NCBI GenBank assembly: GCA_963772455.1
Contig: CAVYXJ010000010.1
Location: 256,001-320,000 of the forward strand
Direction of reading: 5' to 3'
DNA from: Candidatus Bathyarchaeota archaeon
Lineage (GTDB): Archaea; Thermoproteota; Bathyarchaeia; Bathyarchaeales; Bathycorpusculaceae
DNA length: 64,000 bases
Position 1 is the first letter of the stretch. Every line of letters starts with the position of its first letter. Below the pieces are notes generated by a model. That model saw nothing but the letters and a program-made list of their open reading frames with translations, was not told the origin of the DNA and made no database searches. Position numbers and translations under genes: made by a program. Positions 9,996 through 19,460 of the stretch are shown one piece after another.

Positions 9996-10260
9996 CCTCT
10001 ATGTCGTCGCTAGAATTATAGAGGCGATTAAGGAGAAAAATAAGCTAAACAGGACCGCTCTGGCTACCTCCACTGGATTAGCTTATGATAGGCTTGTGCG
10101 GTATCTTTCTTGGATGTCTGATAAGGGTTTTGTTAAGATAGATAATGAAGGATTGGTTCACTTAACAAAAGAAGGCGTTCAGGCGTACGATGAGTTGGTT
10201 CGTTGGATTCTAATGCATGTTGGTCAGCTAAAGTTTGGAAGACTTGGACCTAGAACATAG
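9970..10260 (+). CDS. Winged-helix transcriptional regulator
   Basis: RTALATSTGLAYDRLVRYLSWM..KGFV...VHLTKEG wHTH pattern; start uncertain. Confidence 0.82.
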   Translation: MGEQNSKPDLYVVARIIEAIKEKNKLNRTALATSTGLAYDRLVRYLSWMSDKGFVKIDNEGLVHLTKEGVQAYDELVRWILMHVGQLKFGRLGPRT

Positions 10261-10290
10261 AACTTGGAAAGAAATGTTTTTGGTGGTTAA

Positions 10291-10305
10291 CTCCTTCGGA
10301 GTGAG
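10291..10305. promoter_or_regulatory. Putative operator CTCNNTCSGANNGAG, copy 3
   Basis: ctccttcggagtgag, one mismatch from the reverse complement of copies 1 and 2. Confidence 0.55.
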
Positions 10306-10322
10306 TTCGCCTTTTATTCGAT

Positions 10323-12239
10323 GTGCCGATGGATTTAGAAGGCGTCTTAAAAGTGCAATTGACAAACAGTTGGGAATTCATTAGAAATAGCCGTGCACAA
10401 TTGATCATATGTTCAACTTTTTTGTTTTCTTTTTTGGCTATTTTTATTATTTTTTTTCCACCAAATTTGTGGATTGCTAACATAGTTGGTTTTTTCAGCT
10501 ACTTCACTAATACCTTGGCTTTATTGTTAGCCATTGGATATGTTGGTCTTTTTGTTATTGTCTTTGCTGAAACAGGGTTGTTTTTTGGGTTCTTTTTGCC
10601 TGGTGATAGCTTGCTTTTGGCAGCAGGTATACTTTCGAGTCAAAATCTTTTCAATGTTTTTGGAATTATGGTAGTTGTAATTTTGGCTGCCATAATTGGA
10701 GATAATTTTGGTTATTGGTTTGGGAGAAGGGTTGGTCCAGTGTTTATTAAAAGAGAATCTCGCTTTTTGAATGCACAAAGGGTTGAATCTGTCAGGGTTC
10801 TCTTTGAGAAGCATGGTTCAAAGGCCATTGTTTTTGCGCGTTTTGTACCTATTGCACGAACATTTGCACCTATTCTTGCAGGGGCAAGTAAAATGAAAGT
10901 CTCAAGTTTCTTTTATTATAATGTAGTTGGAGCGTTGCTGTGGGGCATAACTATGCCAATGCTTGGCTACACTTTGGGAAGGGTTATTCCAGATATCCAA
11001 CAATACATTTACCCTATTATCGCTTTAATTATTGTTTTTTCGGTTCTTCCTTGGGTGATCAAACCCATTTCTAGAATTGGAAAGTCTTTTCTTTCTGGGA
11101 GAAAGAAACCCTCAAATGTTTCGTTTGCGTCTGCAGCTAACTCTTCAAGAATTATAAGTAGTGCCGAGGTACGACAAGAGCTAAAAACTCAAAGCAGATC
11201 AAAACGAACCCTGAAGATCGCTATTCAAATCATTGCTATGGCGGCAATTTTTGGGGTACTATTATGGTATGTAGGTGTAGGTTCTCTCTATGACGCCTTG
11301 TTAAACATCAAAGTAGAATACTTGTTTTTGGCGTTCTTGATGTATTTTGGAATTAACGTTTTGTTTACAGTGCGGCTTAGACGTGTTTTAGCTAAAGATG
11401 GCGTCAAAACATCTTTTGGAAAAACACTCTTGGCCCAGTATGCAGGTATGTTAACTAGCGACGTTACTCCCGGACGCTCAGGATATATTCTAACACCGGT
11501 TTATCTTCGAGATCAAAATGTGCCCACATCAAAGGGGCTTTCAAGCATTTTGGGTATTCAAACAATTGAGTTTCTGTTCAAAGTGTTAGGCGGATTGGGT
11601 GCAGTAATTTTCCTAGTAAAAACGGTGCCTACGCAAACATGGAATATGCTATTTCCTCAAACGGTTGCAGGAATCAATATTGGTATATTAATTGCGGGAT
11701 TAGGCATAATTTTGATGCTTGTTGGAGCTATTGTGTTGGCTGCTTTTACCTGGTCTAAAAGGGCTATTACCCTGTTTGATCGGGTTGCAAATTCAAAATA
11801 TCTTAAAAGGTTTACGGGGGGTTTAATGGGTAAACTTGAAGAATACAAAGAAAGCTCCCACAGTACCCGCCGAGCAATCCCGGAAATTATTGGGTTAACA
11901 GTGATATGTTGGATTCTCAAGGGGTTTGAATGGTACTTTTTGGGTTTAGCCTTGGGAATTACAAATGTGCCGTTGATTGCCTATTTTCTTATACATCCGT
12001 TGGTAACGGCGTTAGCGTTTGTTCCTATAACTCCTGCTGGAGCTGGCGTACAAGAATTCGGAATCATCGGAGTTCTTGGTCTTCTAGGCGTTGGGGTTGG
12101 TCCGGCTGGGGTTTTCGCTTTACTTGCTCGCGGTTTACTCATAATTGAAGATCTTATAGGAATACCACAGATCGTTAAATCAACAAGCAATATTTTTTCA
12201 AGCAAACCTGTTTTGGATAATCAGTTGAAAAACGGGTAG
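10323..12239 (+). CDS. DedA/VTT domain fused to a lysylphosphatidylglycerol-synthase-TM (UPF0104 flippase-like) domain
   Basis: FAETGLFFGFFLPGDSLL and ARFVPIART (DedA); VTPGRSG and PITPAGAGVQE (LPG synthase TM family). Confidence 0.85.
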   Translation: MPMDLEGVLKVQLTNSWEFIRNSRAQLIICSTFLFSFLAIFIIFFPPNLWIANIVGFFSYFTNTLALLLAIGYVGLFVIVFAETGLFFGFFLPGDSLLLAAGILSSQNLFNVFGIMVVVILAAIIGDNFGYWFGRRVGPVFIKRESRFLNAQRVESVRVLFEKHGSKAIVFARFVPIARTFAPILAGASKMKVSSFFYYNVVGALLWGITMPMLGYTLGRVIPDIQQYIYPIIALIIVFSVLPWVIKPISRIGKSFLSGRKKPSNVSFASAANSSRIISSAEVRQELKTQSRSKRTLKIAIQIIAMAAIFGVLLWYVGVGSLYDALLNIKVEYLFLAFLMYFGINVLFTVRLRRVLAKDGVKTSFGKTLLAQYAGMLTSDVTPGRSGYILTPVYLRDQNVPTSKGLSSILGIQTIEFLFKVLGGLGAVIFLVKTVPTQTWNMLFPQTVAGINIGILIAGLGIILMLVGAIVLAAFTWSKRAITLFDRVANSKYLKRFTGGLMGKLEEYKESSHSTRRAIPEIIGLTVICWILKGFEWYFLGLALGITNVPLIAYFLIHPLVTALAFVPITPAGAGVQEFGIIGVLGLLGVGVGPAGVFALLARGLLIIEDLIGIPQIVKSTSNIFSSKPVLDNQLKNG

Positions 12240-12970
12240 CTGAATCGATTAATAGAACTGCTTTTTTAAACTGCTTAGGGAAAAGGAACAAGCATTTTTG
12301 AAGGGCTTGTAACCTTAACTTGCTGTTAGTGTATAACAAGATTATGGTCAATTTCCCATCCGAAACTAATAGGTAACTTATTCCCTGCAAAACTGCAGAT
12401 TTTAGGCTTGTAAAGAAATATTTTATTTCAGAGAAAGCATTGAGCTGCAAACATGCTGTTATTTGTTGTTTAATTCTGGTATCGCTGCAATCGCAATTCG
12501 ATGCAATACTAGCATTGCTAGTATAAAGAAAGCGACTATAAATCAACAAATCAAAAACTATCTTTCCCCTTTTTTAGTCTTAAAATATGCATTGGAGAAG
12601 AATGGGGCTGAGTAGGCTCTGGTTAAAATTTACAATAGTAGCTATAGAGAGTTTGCATTTTCTCTCTTTTCTCCTAATTTGGTGCCGGAGCCTCAGCAAA
12701 CCTCACTTTTTTCGATTGCAAATTTAACAATATATGTAACTATGTTATTCGATGGCATTGAGAAAAAGGCATTAAGTGAACTCCAGCGACAAACCTAAAA
12801 AGCGTAATCACCGTAATGACAACAGCAAAGAGGTCTAGCAGATTCCAAAACAACCCAAAATCGCATCCATTACTGAACAGGAATATCTTGACTTACTCAA
12901 GAAAAACCAAAAACTAACCATTATCAAAACAACTCTTGAACAAACACTCAACAACAAAAATCATGGAAAA

Positions 12971-13660
12971 ATGTTCAGCATTGTTACAGCGACATGGAAT
13001 CCAATTTCAGGTTGTCTTTACAACTGCAACTACTGCTGGGCGAAAAACTTGGCGCTAACAAAACTCAAAACTAGCAAAAGATACATTAATGGATTTAAGC
13101 CGAGTTTGAATGACTCAGAATTTAAAGCTAAATTCCACAAAGGCGACCTTATTTTTGTGGCTGACATGGGAGACATGTTCGCCGATTTTACTCCTGAAAA
13201 ATGGATTAAACAAGTATTAGACCATATTAGACAATTTCCCGAAGCAGACTTTCTATTCATGACAAAAAACCCTCAGAGATACCTTGAACTTTTACCTTTT
13301 ATTCCAGATAACGCAATTCTAGGCGCAACTATTGAAACAAACATTGACTCAATTATTACTCAAGACAAAGTGTCGAATGCCCCCCTTCCCAGTGAACGCG
13401 CTAAAGCAATGAAGGCTTTAGATTGGAAAAGAAAAATTGTTTCAGTAGAACCTATCCTTCAGTTTGACCTTGAAATATTTTCTAAATGGATTGAAGATAT
13501 CGACCCATTTATTGTGTATGTAGGTTACGACAATTATTGTCATAAACTGCGTGAGCCTACATTGAAGCAAACAACAGATTTACTCAATACACTGTCAGAC
13601 AATTCACTGGTAATTAGGAAAACCATTCGTCCTTCATGGTCTGAAATGTGCTCTTCATAA
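12971..13660 (+). CDS. DUF5131 (phage Gp37/Gp68-like) radical SAM-type protein
   Basis: TWNPISGCLYNCNYCWA, IFVADMGDMF, FMTKNPQR, GATIE, VSVEPIL. Confidence 0.88.
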   Translation: MFSIVTATWNPISGCLYNCNYCWAKNLALTKLKTSKRYINGFKPSLNDSEFKAKFHKGDLIFVADMGDMFADFTPEKWIKQVLDHIRQFPEADFLFMTKNPQRYLELLPFIPDNAILGATIETNIDSIITQDKVSNAPLPSERAKAMKALDWKRKIVSVEPILQFDLEIFSKWIEDIDPFIVYVGYDNYCHKLREPTLKQTTDLLNTLSDNSLVIRKTIRPSWSEMCSS

Positions 13661-13681
13661 TAATCTGATTGAGGAATAAAC

Positions 13682-14632
13682 ATGCCAGCTAAAATTCCAA
13701 CCTCAGAATGGCTAAAAGATAAACTGAATAGACTGGAAGAAATGACAGAAGTTGTTAAAAAAATTAGCCCTGAATTCTATTCAGAAGTTGACCCAGATTA
13801 TGGCTTTTGGTCTATAAAGAAAGAAATTGCGTTAATGTACTGGTCTTATCCCTTTCAACATATAGCAAAAAACCACTTTGAATCATTCTATTACATTGAC
13901 CTGTTCGCTGGGTCAGGATTAATGAAGGCTGAAAACAGTTTTTTTGTTGGTTCACCTGTTGTCGCTGTAAGCTCAACAATTAAAGATAAAGGATTTAGCA
14001 AATACATCTGCATTGAACAAGCTGAAGATCGAAAAGTAGTCCTTGAAAAACGCCTCAATAAAGCCTGTGAACAACATCAGACATGCGATCCAACGGTGAT
14101 TCAAGGCGACTGTAACAAGGAAATTCTTAACGTGTTAAGGGAACATGCACCTAAAGGAAACACGTGTTTTTTGGCTTTTGTTGATCCACAGAGTTATTCT
14201 CAGTTAAATTGGAGTACTTTAGAGACTTTAATGAGTTATGGAAAAGGCGACATAATCCTAAATTTCCCAACCATGGGACTTACGCGGAATTTGAATAATG
14301 CAGAGTGTAGGCGTTCAATCTCAGCTTTTGTTGGTGATGATTTATGGCCAGAAGAGATTGGGCAACTTAAAATCGATGATTTTTTGGATTATTTCATGAG
14401 CAAGATGAAACGGTTCAGAAGTGAAGTTCATAGTTTAAAGGTTAAAGATGAAAAAAATCACCGATTGTTCGATTTGGTTTTTGCTACAGGTTCGACTGGA
14501 ATGAATAATGCATTAGCTGATTTAACTGAGAAGTTGGATGCATTTAACACTAAAACTATCAAGGGATTGTATTCTGTAGTTGCCAAAGGACAAACTCAAA
14601 TGCAGGATTTTTACAGCCAACAGTTACTTTAA
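13682..14632 (+). CDS. tcmP: Three-Cys-motif partner protein TcmP (SAM-dependent methyltransferase fold)
   Basis: WSIKK, YIDLFAGSG, GSP, GDCN, AFVDP, WSTL, LVFAT; directly downstream of DUF5131. Confidence 0.85.
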   Translation: MPAKIPTSEWLKDKLNRLEEMTEVVKKISPEFYSEVDPDYGFWSIKKEIALMYWSYPFQHIAKNHFESFYYIDLFAGSGLMKAENSFFVGSPVVAVSSTIKDKGFSKYICIEQAEDRKVVLEKRLNKACEQHQTCDPTVIQGDCNKEILNVLREHAPKGNTCFLAFVDPQSYSQLNWSTLETLMSYGKGDIILNFPTMGLTRNLNNAECRRSISAFVGDDLWPEEIGQLKIDDFLDYFMSKMKRFRSEVHSLKVKDEKNHRLFDLVFATGSTGMNNALADLTEKLDAFNTKTIKGLYSVVAKGQTQMQDFYSQQLL

Positions 14633-14910
14633 AAATTAATGTCTCAAAATTGTAAGAAGTTAACTAGAAATTTTCCAGGGTCCTTTGAGTGCGTCCATAT
14701 GACCCAGTCAAAGACATGAAAATCCATAGCCCAAAAATTGTTCGAAGATTTGAGCAGCTCAACTGGGTTAAGGCTCAAAGTTGGTTTCGACCATGCTTTA
14801 GGTTTGCAGCGCTTTTACACTACGTTACAATTGATTAGTGAGGATGGGAAAAAACAACTATGCCATCTTGTTTTCAGTAATATTACAATTTTGTCTGTTT
14901 ACTATTCGTA

Positions 14911-15047
14911 ACTCAACCCACAAGCCGAGGATTTGATTCCTGAGTGCAAATATAGCTTAGGTGGCTTGCAGCATGCTAGCGCGCGTACCCCAACACCATG
15001 TTGGCTTCTAGTAGCAGAGGCCGCAAGCGGATCCTCAAAGCCTAAGC
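14911..15047. ncRNA. Candidate structured RNA or DNA element (multi-stem junction)
   Basis: Nested helices gcttagg/cctaagc, tgctag/ctagta, ccaaca/tgttgg, gagg/cctc, ccg/cgg in a GC-rich patch of AT-rich intergenic DNA. Confidence 0.35.
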
Positions 15048-15291
15048 AATAACACTAATACGTAAACTATCCCAAAAGCCCTTCTCGATGAATACCCATA
15101 ACCTAGAATTCTAGGAATTTCTAGTGATTTCAAAGAACAAGTAATTTATAGAATTGATTAAATTCATTGTGTAATTATTTAATTTTTATTTATTGCAAAA
15201 TCACTAATCAAATTACAGATTACTTCAGATTACTTTGTTACTAGATAAAATTACTTATTAATTTCTAGAAGTATGGTTATTAATAATAAGA

Positions 15292-16317
15292 ATGCTGAAT
15301 AATATGACTATTGAACACCTAAAAACGTGTCCCTGCGAATTTGGCTGCAGAGAAAAGCGATCTACTGTTGTAAATTTAGTTTTAGAAAAGGGAACTTGTT
15401 CAGTCAGAGAATTGCACGATTTTCTCGATGGCAAAATTGGTGTATACGCTTTCAGAAGCAGCATTGAATACTTGTGTACAGGACAATGCAAACTAGTTGG
15501 AGTATATGGTTTATGTGCCGGTCAAAAGCCTCCTCAAATTGGGAGACGCGGAAGGCTGCTCTATCGAAGAACAATGGCCTCTGAAACCCTCCAAGAAGTT
15601 ATAGTTGGGCTTCTATCACCGCTTCAAAAAAGAATATTGGACAAGTTTACTTTGCTAAATCGACGTATTTTTTATTTCACAGCATATGATCTACGTCGGC
15701 TAATTCCATCTTCCGGAAATGAGGTTGAATATGCTGTAAAAAGGCTAATCACGTTGGGCTTATTGAATAAATTAACTTTTAACGGAATAGTTTTTTATGT
15801 TAAACCTTCGAACGTATCGCGCCTAGTGCTTCAAGAAAGACAAGCAATACTTGACGACAAAACAGAATATGCAGTTATAAAAATAGTACACGAATTAATT
15901 ATGAATCTTTACCCAGCAAATACTATAACTGGTTATACTGATAGAATTCGCCCTCACACCCAAGACATATTAACTGTCACCGGCGGGATGGCTTTTGACA
16001 TTTTCTATCAGTTCCGCGACCCAATAGCAGAGCGAAATTACCTAGCAATTGACGTTTACACTAGAATCCCTGTTACAGGTTTTATGGTTCATTCTTTTAC
16101 TAAAAAAATCGAATGGGCAAAGACAGTAACACGGAAAAAAACAACCAACTACCTCAAAGACAAGACTTATGGAATAATAGTTTATAGAAATGCTACGAGA
16201 AATGCAATAATAATAGCAAATAGAGTTGGCCTAAAGTTTCTCAGGTTACGAGACATCAAAGTTGATTATAAACAACTTCGTAATGAAATTGAAAATCAGA
16301 TTTCAACGAATCCTTAG
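15292..16317 (+). CDS. wHTH-containing protein with C-terminal restriction-endonuclease-like (Mrr/PD-(D/E)XK-type) domain
   Basis: Two wHTH-like segments; C-terminal AFDIF...LAIDVY...YGIIVYRNATRNAIIIANRVGLKFL pattern. Confidence 0.55.
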   Translation: MLNNMTIEHLKTCPCEFGCREKRSTVVNLVLEKGTCSVRELHDFLDGKIGVYAFRSSIEYLCTGQCKLVGVYGLCAGQKPPQIGRRGRLLYRRTMASETLQEVIVGLLSPLQKRILDKFTLLNRRIFYFTAYDLRRLIPSSGNEVEYAVKRLITLGLLNKLTFNGIVFYVKPSNVSRLVLQERQAILDDKTEYAVIKIVHELIMNLYPANTITGYTDRIRPHTQDILTVTGGMAFDIFYQFRDPIAERNYLAIDVYTRIPVTGFMVHSFTKKIEWAKTVTRKKTTNYLKDKTYGIIVYRNATRNAIIIANRVGLKFLRLRDIKVDYKQLRNEIENQISTNP

Positions 16318-16576
16318 CATTTATGTTGAAGCTAACTACCCTAATTTGAACACTCTTGTTGGACTACCCAATTTGGTCCCAAAGTTTCATGGATGTATAT
16401 GCCAATATGATTAAACGGAGTTTCAAAGGTGCTTTAATGCCAACTAGGACAAAGCAATAACCGCACATACACGCGACTATACTTAGGCAAAGCTCAGAAA
16501 ATAAATGGTTGGTACATGAGATCCCCATTATTGTTTTACCCTACGCCATAGACTGAGACAATTAAAACCCCTAAAG

Positions 16577-16855
16577 GTGAATTGGGCTTTGCACTGATGC
16601 ACTATCGAAAGACCAAGCATGGTCGAATTCACTAAAAAAGATAGTAATAGTTGACCCACGCTGTTTCTCGAGACAAATTTTTGTCTAGGGTTTTTTATGT
16701 CAATACCCAAACGGACATTGTTCTATCACGAATCGAGAGTATAAGGAAGCAAGGGTAAACTAACAATAAGCTAGTAGGATACCTATACCAAAAAATAGAG
16801 TGTTAAGCCTTTTCTTGCTTGTCTCTATCTTGCTCAGTTCGTGATAGACATTTGG
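16577..16855. ncRNA. Candidate structured element or MITE-like long hairpin
   Basis: tctatcacgaa/ttcgtgataga, aagcaag/cttgctt, taaca/tgtta nested; further stems gtgaatt/aattcac and gacca/tggtc. Confidence 0.3.
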
Positions 16856-16887
16856 ATGCGCGACTCAAGGTTTTTCTATATCATTAG

Positions 16888-17844
16888 TTACCCAATTTCG
16901 ACAGGTGTACCTCGATAAGCCATTGTGACCTTTTGAAAGAGCTTTACTATGTCTAGTGAGCAGAAAAGCGCTTTTGTTAGGTATTCATGTTGGTAAATCA
17001 TCATCTGTGCCTTCACGGGCAAATCGATTCTGGGTGGCTCAAATTTGCGTGCAACCTCCGCCACCTGCAAGCCATCGATGCCGATGTCTTCCTCGCGCAT
17101 GCCAGTCTTGTTGGCGATGTAGCCAAGGTAGGTTTTTTTCCAGTCCAACATCATTACTTTTGCGGCGACTATGTCCACCGCTAAAGCGTCGTCACCGGTA
17201 AGCATCAAATCCATCTTGACGGGTTTGCCTTTGGTGGGTCCGTTGCCTTCGATGCCGATTCGTGCATCCATTATGGTTAGTTGCGGCTTGAAAAGCGAGT
17301 AGAGTCGGTACATGACTTCAGGCAGGTAGGGGTGAAGGTAGATGCGTTTGTTGCTGGGTACGCAGCCGAAGAGGTTTTTGATGGCGCCGCTGTAAGCCAT
17401 AAACTCATGCGTCTTCATCAAGGGCAAATCCACCACCGCATCGGCGTCCAGCACAGTTTTTGGTAGAAACAGCCGTTTGAGGGGGCAGCCGTCTGGGAAT
17501 TTGACTTCGACGACTTTGTCTTCGGAGAGGTTGATGGCTTTGCCGCCTGCGGATTCCACGGCTTTCTGCATGCCTGTTTTGTCAAACGCGGTCCAGCAAG
17601 GATAGTTAAAGCCGTTGGATTCGCCTACGACAACTTCGCTGTTGCCGTCCCTTAATAGCCCGACGAGTTGATGCATAACCTGTGGGCTTGTTACTACGCC
17701 TGGCAAGTATTCGGGGTGGCTAAGGTTTGGCTTTATGAAAATCTTTCTTTTGCCATGTAACCCTGAGTCGGCGACGGCTTGGGCGACGATGCTGCTTACG
17801 TCGTCTCCTGCACGGTAAATCGTGACTTTGTGTGGGTTAGGCAT
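16888..17844 (-). CDS. DUF362 domain protein
   Basis: IFIKPNL, GVVTSP, LPLMKTH, GAIKNLFG, IEGNGP, D.LAVD motifs. Confidence 0.9.
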   Translation of the reverse strand: MPNPHKVTIYRAGDDVSSIVAQAVADSGLHGKRKIFIKPNLSHPEYLPGVVTSPQVMHQLVGLLRDGNSEVVVGESNGFNYPCWTAFDKTGMQKAVESAGGKAINLSEDKVVEVKFPDGCPLKRLFLPKTVLDADAVVDLPLMKTHEFMAYSGAIKNLFGCVPSNKRIYLHPYLPEVMYRLYSLFKPQLTIMDARIGIEGNGPTKGKPVKMDLMLTGDDALAVDIVAAKVMMLDWKKTYLGYIANKTGMREEDIGIDGLQVAEVARKFEPPRIDLPVKAQMMIYQHEYLTKALFCSLDIVKLFQKVTMAYRGTPVEIG

Positions 17845-19263
17845 GTTTTGACTTCACTCCTTGGAGGCATCCGGGGTCGCCGTTTAACATGTCTCCACTG
17901 TGGTATGCTGCGGAACGTGCTCGGCAGCCGCCGCAGATGAATTTGTAGGTGCATTTGCCGCAGGTACCCTTAAGGTTTGCTCGGTTGCGGAAGGCGTTGA
18001 ACAGCGGCGCGTTTAGCCAGATGTCCTGGAACTTTTCTGTCCTCAGGTTCCCGACGTTCACGGGCAAAAATACACACGGGTGGACATCGCCCTTTGGTGA
18101 GATTGAGCAGTAGAGTCTTCCTGCGCCGCATCCGCCGATGAATTCGCCAAGGGGGACGGCTTTTTTTGTGACTTTGACGGTTTGCATGTGAGCCATTGAC
18201 ATGGTGACTTCGTCTGTTCCCGCTGGACCCTGACATTGCAAGGCGACGCGAGCTAATTGGGGCGCCGTGGCTAGGATGGTTGTTTTGCAGCCCGCTGACA
18301 TCCGATTCAGCAGATAACGCATAACGTCCTCGCGTTCCTGCGGTGAGAGGTCTTGGTCGAAGTGGGCTTTGCCGCGTCCAGTCGGGATAAAATTGAAGTA
18401 GGTGAAGCGTTCCGCATGGATTTTCTCGGCTAAATCGATAATGGCAGGCAGCTCAGCCATGTTGTTCTTACCAACAGTAGTCGCGATGCAGACGCAAAGA
18501 TCCGCTTCAACGCAGTTTTTGAGTCCTGCAATAGCTTTGTCAAAGGTGCCTGGAACCCCGCGGAAGTCATCGTGGGTTTTAGCACAGGCGCCGTCGATGC
18601 TGACGTCGATGTAGTTGACTTTGGCTTCTTTAATTTTAGCTACGTTTTCTTTGGTGAGGAGCGTGCCGTTGGAAGCCAGCGAAACGTAGAGTCCGCGGTC
18701 GGAGGCATGTCGCGCAACTTGGAAGAAGTCTTTGCGCGTGAGAGGTTCTCCTCCCGAGAAAGCCAGAGCCGTCACGTGTGCATCGGCTAATTGATCGACA
18801 ACCGCCAAAGCCTGCTTAGTGGACAACTCCTCTTCCTCCACAGCGCCGCTGTTACTGTAGCAGTGTTTGCACTGTAAGTTGCATTTGTGAGTGAAATCCC
18901 AAACCACCAGAAACGGCGCAGTCAGCGAAATGGGTTTTTTGATGCCAAAATAATCAAATGATTGAACCAAATTTATAACCGCTGCTCGTGCATATCGGTC
19001 AGTTAAGAGTTTCTCGGCTTTCTCACGCTTAAATCCGAGGCCTTTTCGGAGGAACTCTATCCAGAAACCGATAATCTGAGAGTACAAACCGCTGCATTTG
19101 TCGCATTTGCGAGTCGATTTTGCCGCCGTAATCATCCAAAGCTGCTTCAAGGACTGTTCTGCCACATTTGCCGCATTTTTTTAGCGAGAGTTGGAGCATC
19201 TTCTTAGTCATTGGCAGGGAGATGACTGCGTTCCAGAAATGTGTCGTGGCTAAGGATGCTCAT
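17837..19263 (-). CDS. Radical SAM/SPASM protein with N-terminal CxxC pairs (two apparent frameshifts near 19110 and 19250)
   Basis: CNLQCKHC, FSGGEP, GCGAG, HPCVF, CGKC...CGGCRAR; N-terminus KKCGKC...LEAALDDYGGK is in another frame. Confidence 0.85.
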
Positions 19264-19460
19264 TTAGTTTCTCCAATTGTGGCTTTGGTAGTTAATTGGA
19301 TTGTTGGGATGTTAAATATTTCTCTAATCGAGATTCAGATTCAAAAAGCTGCAAAAAGGCAAGTTACTAGAGACGAATGCTTTGCCGAGTGTTTTTGATG
19401 CGTTTTTAGTGCTTTAAAGAGTTCGAGCTTGATAATAGGGGCTATAGGGAAAAAGGAGGT

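Noticed and set aside
12175-12549. 124-aa minus-strand ORF
   Set aside because: It overlaps the DedA fusion end and has no motif or RBS
16594-16626. Hammerhead ribozyme (ctgatg...gaaa)
   Set aside because: The core reads CUGAUGC rather than CUGAUGA, stem II is absent and the cleavage-site UH is missing
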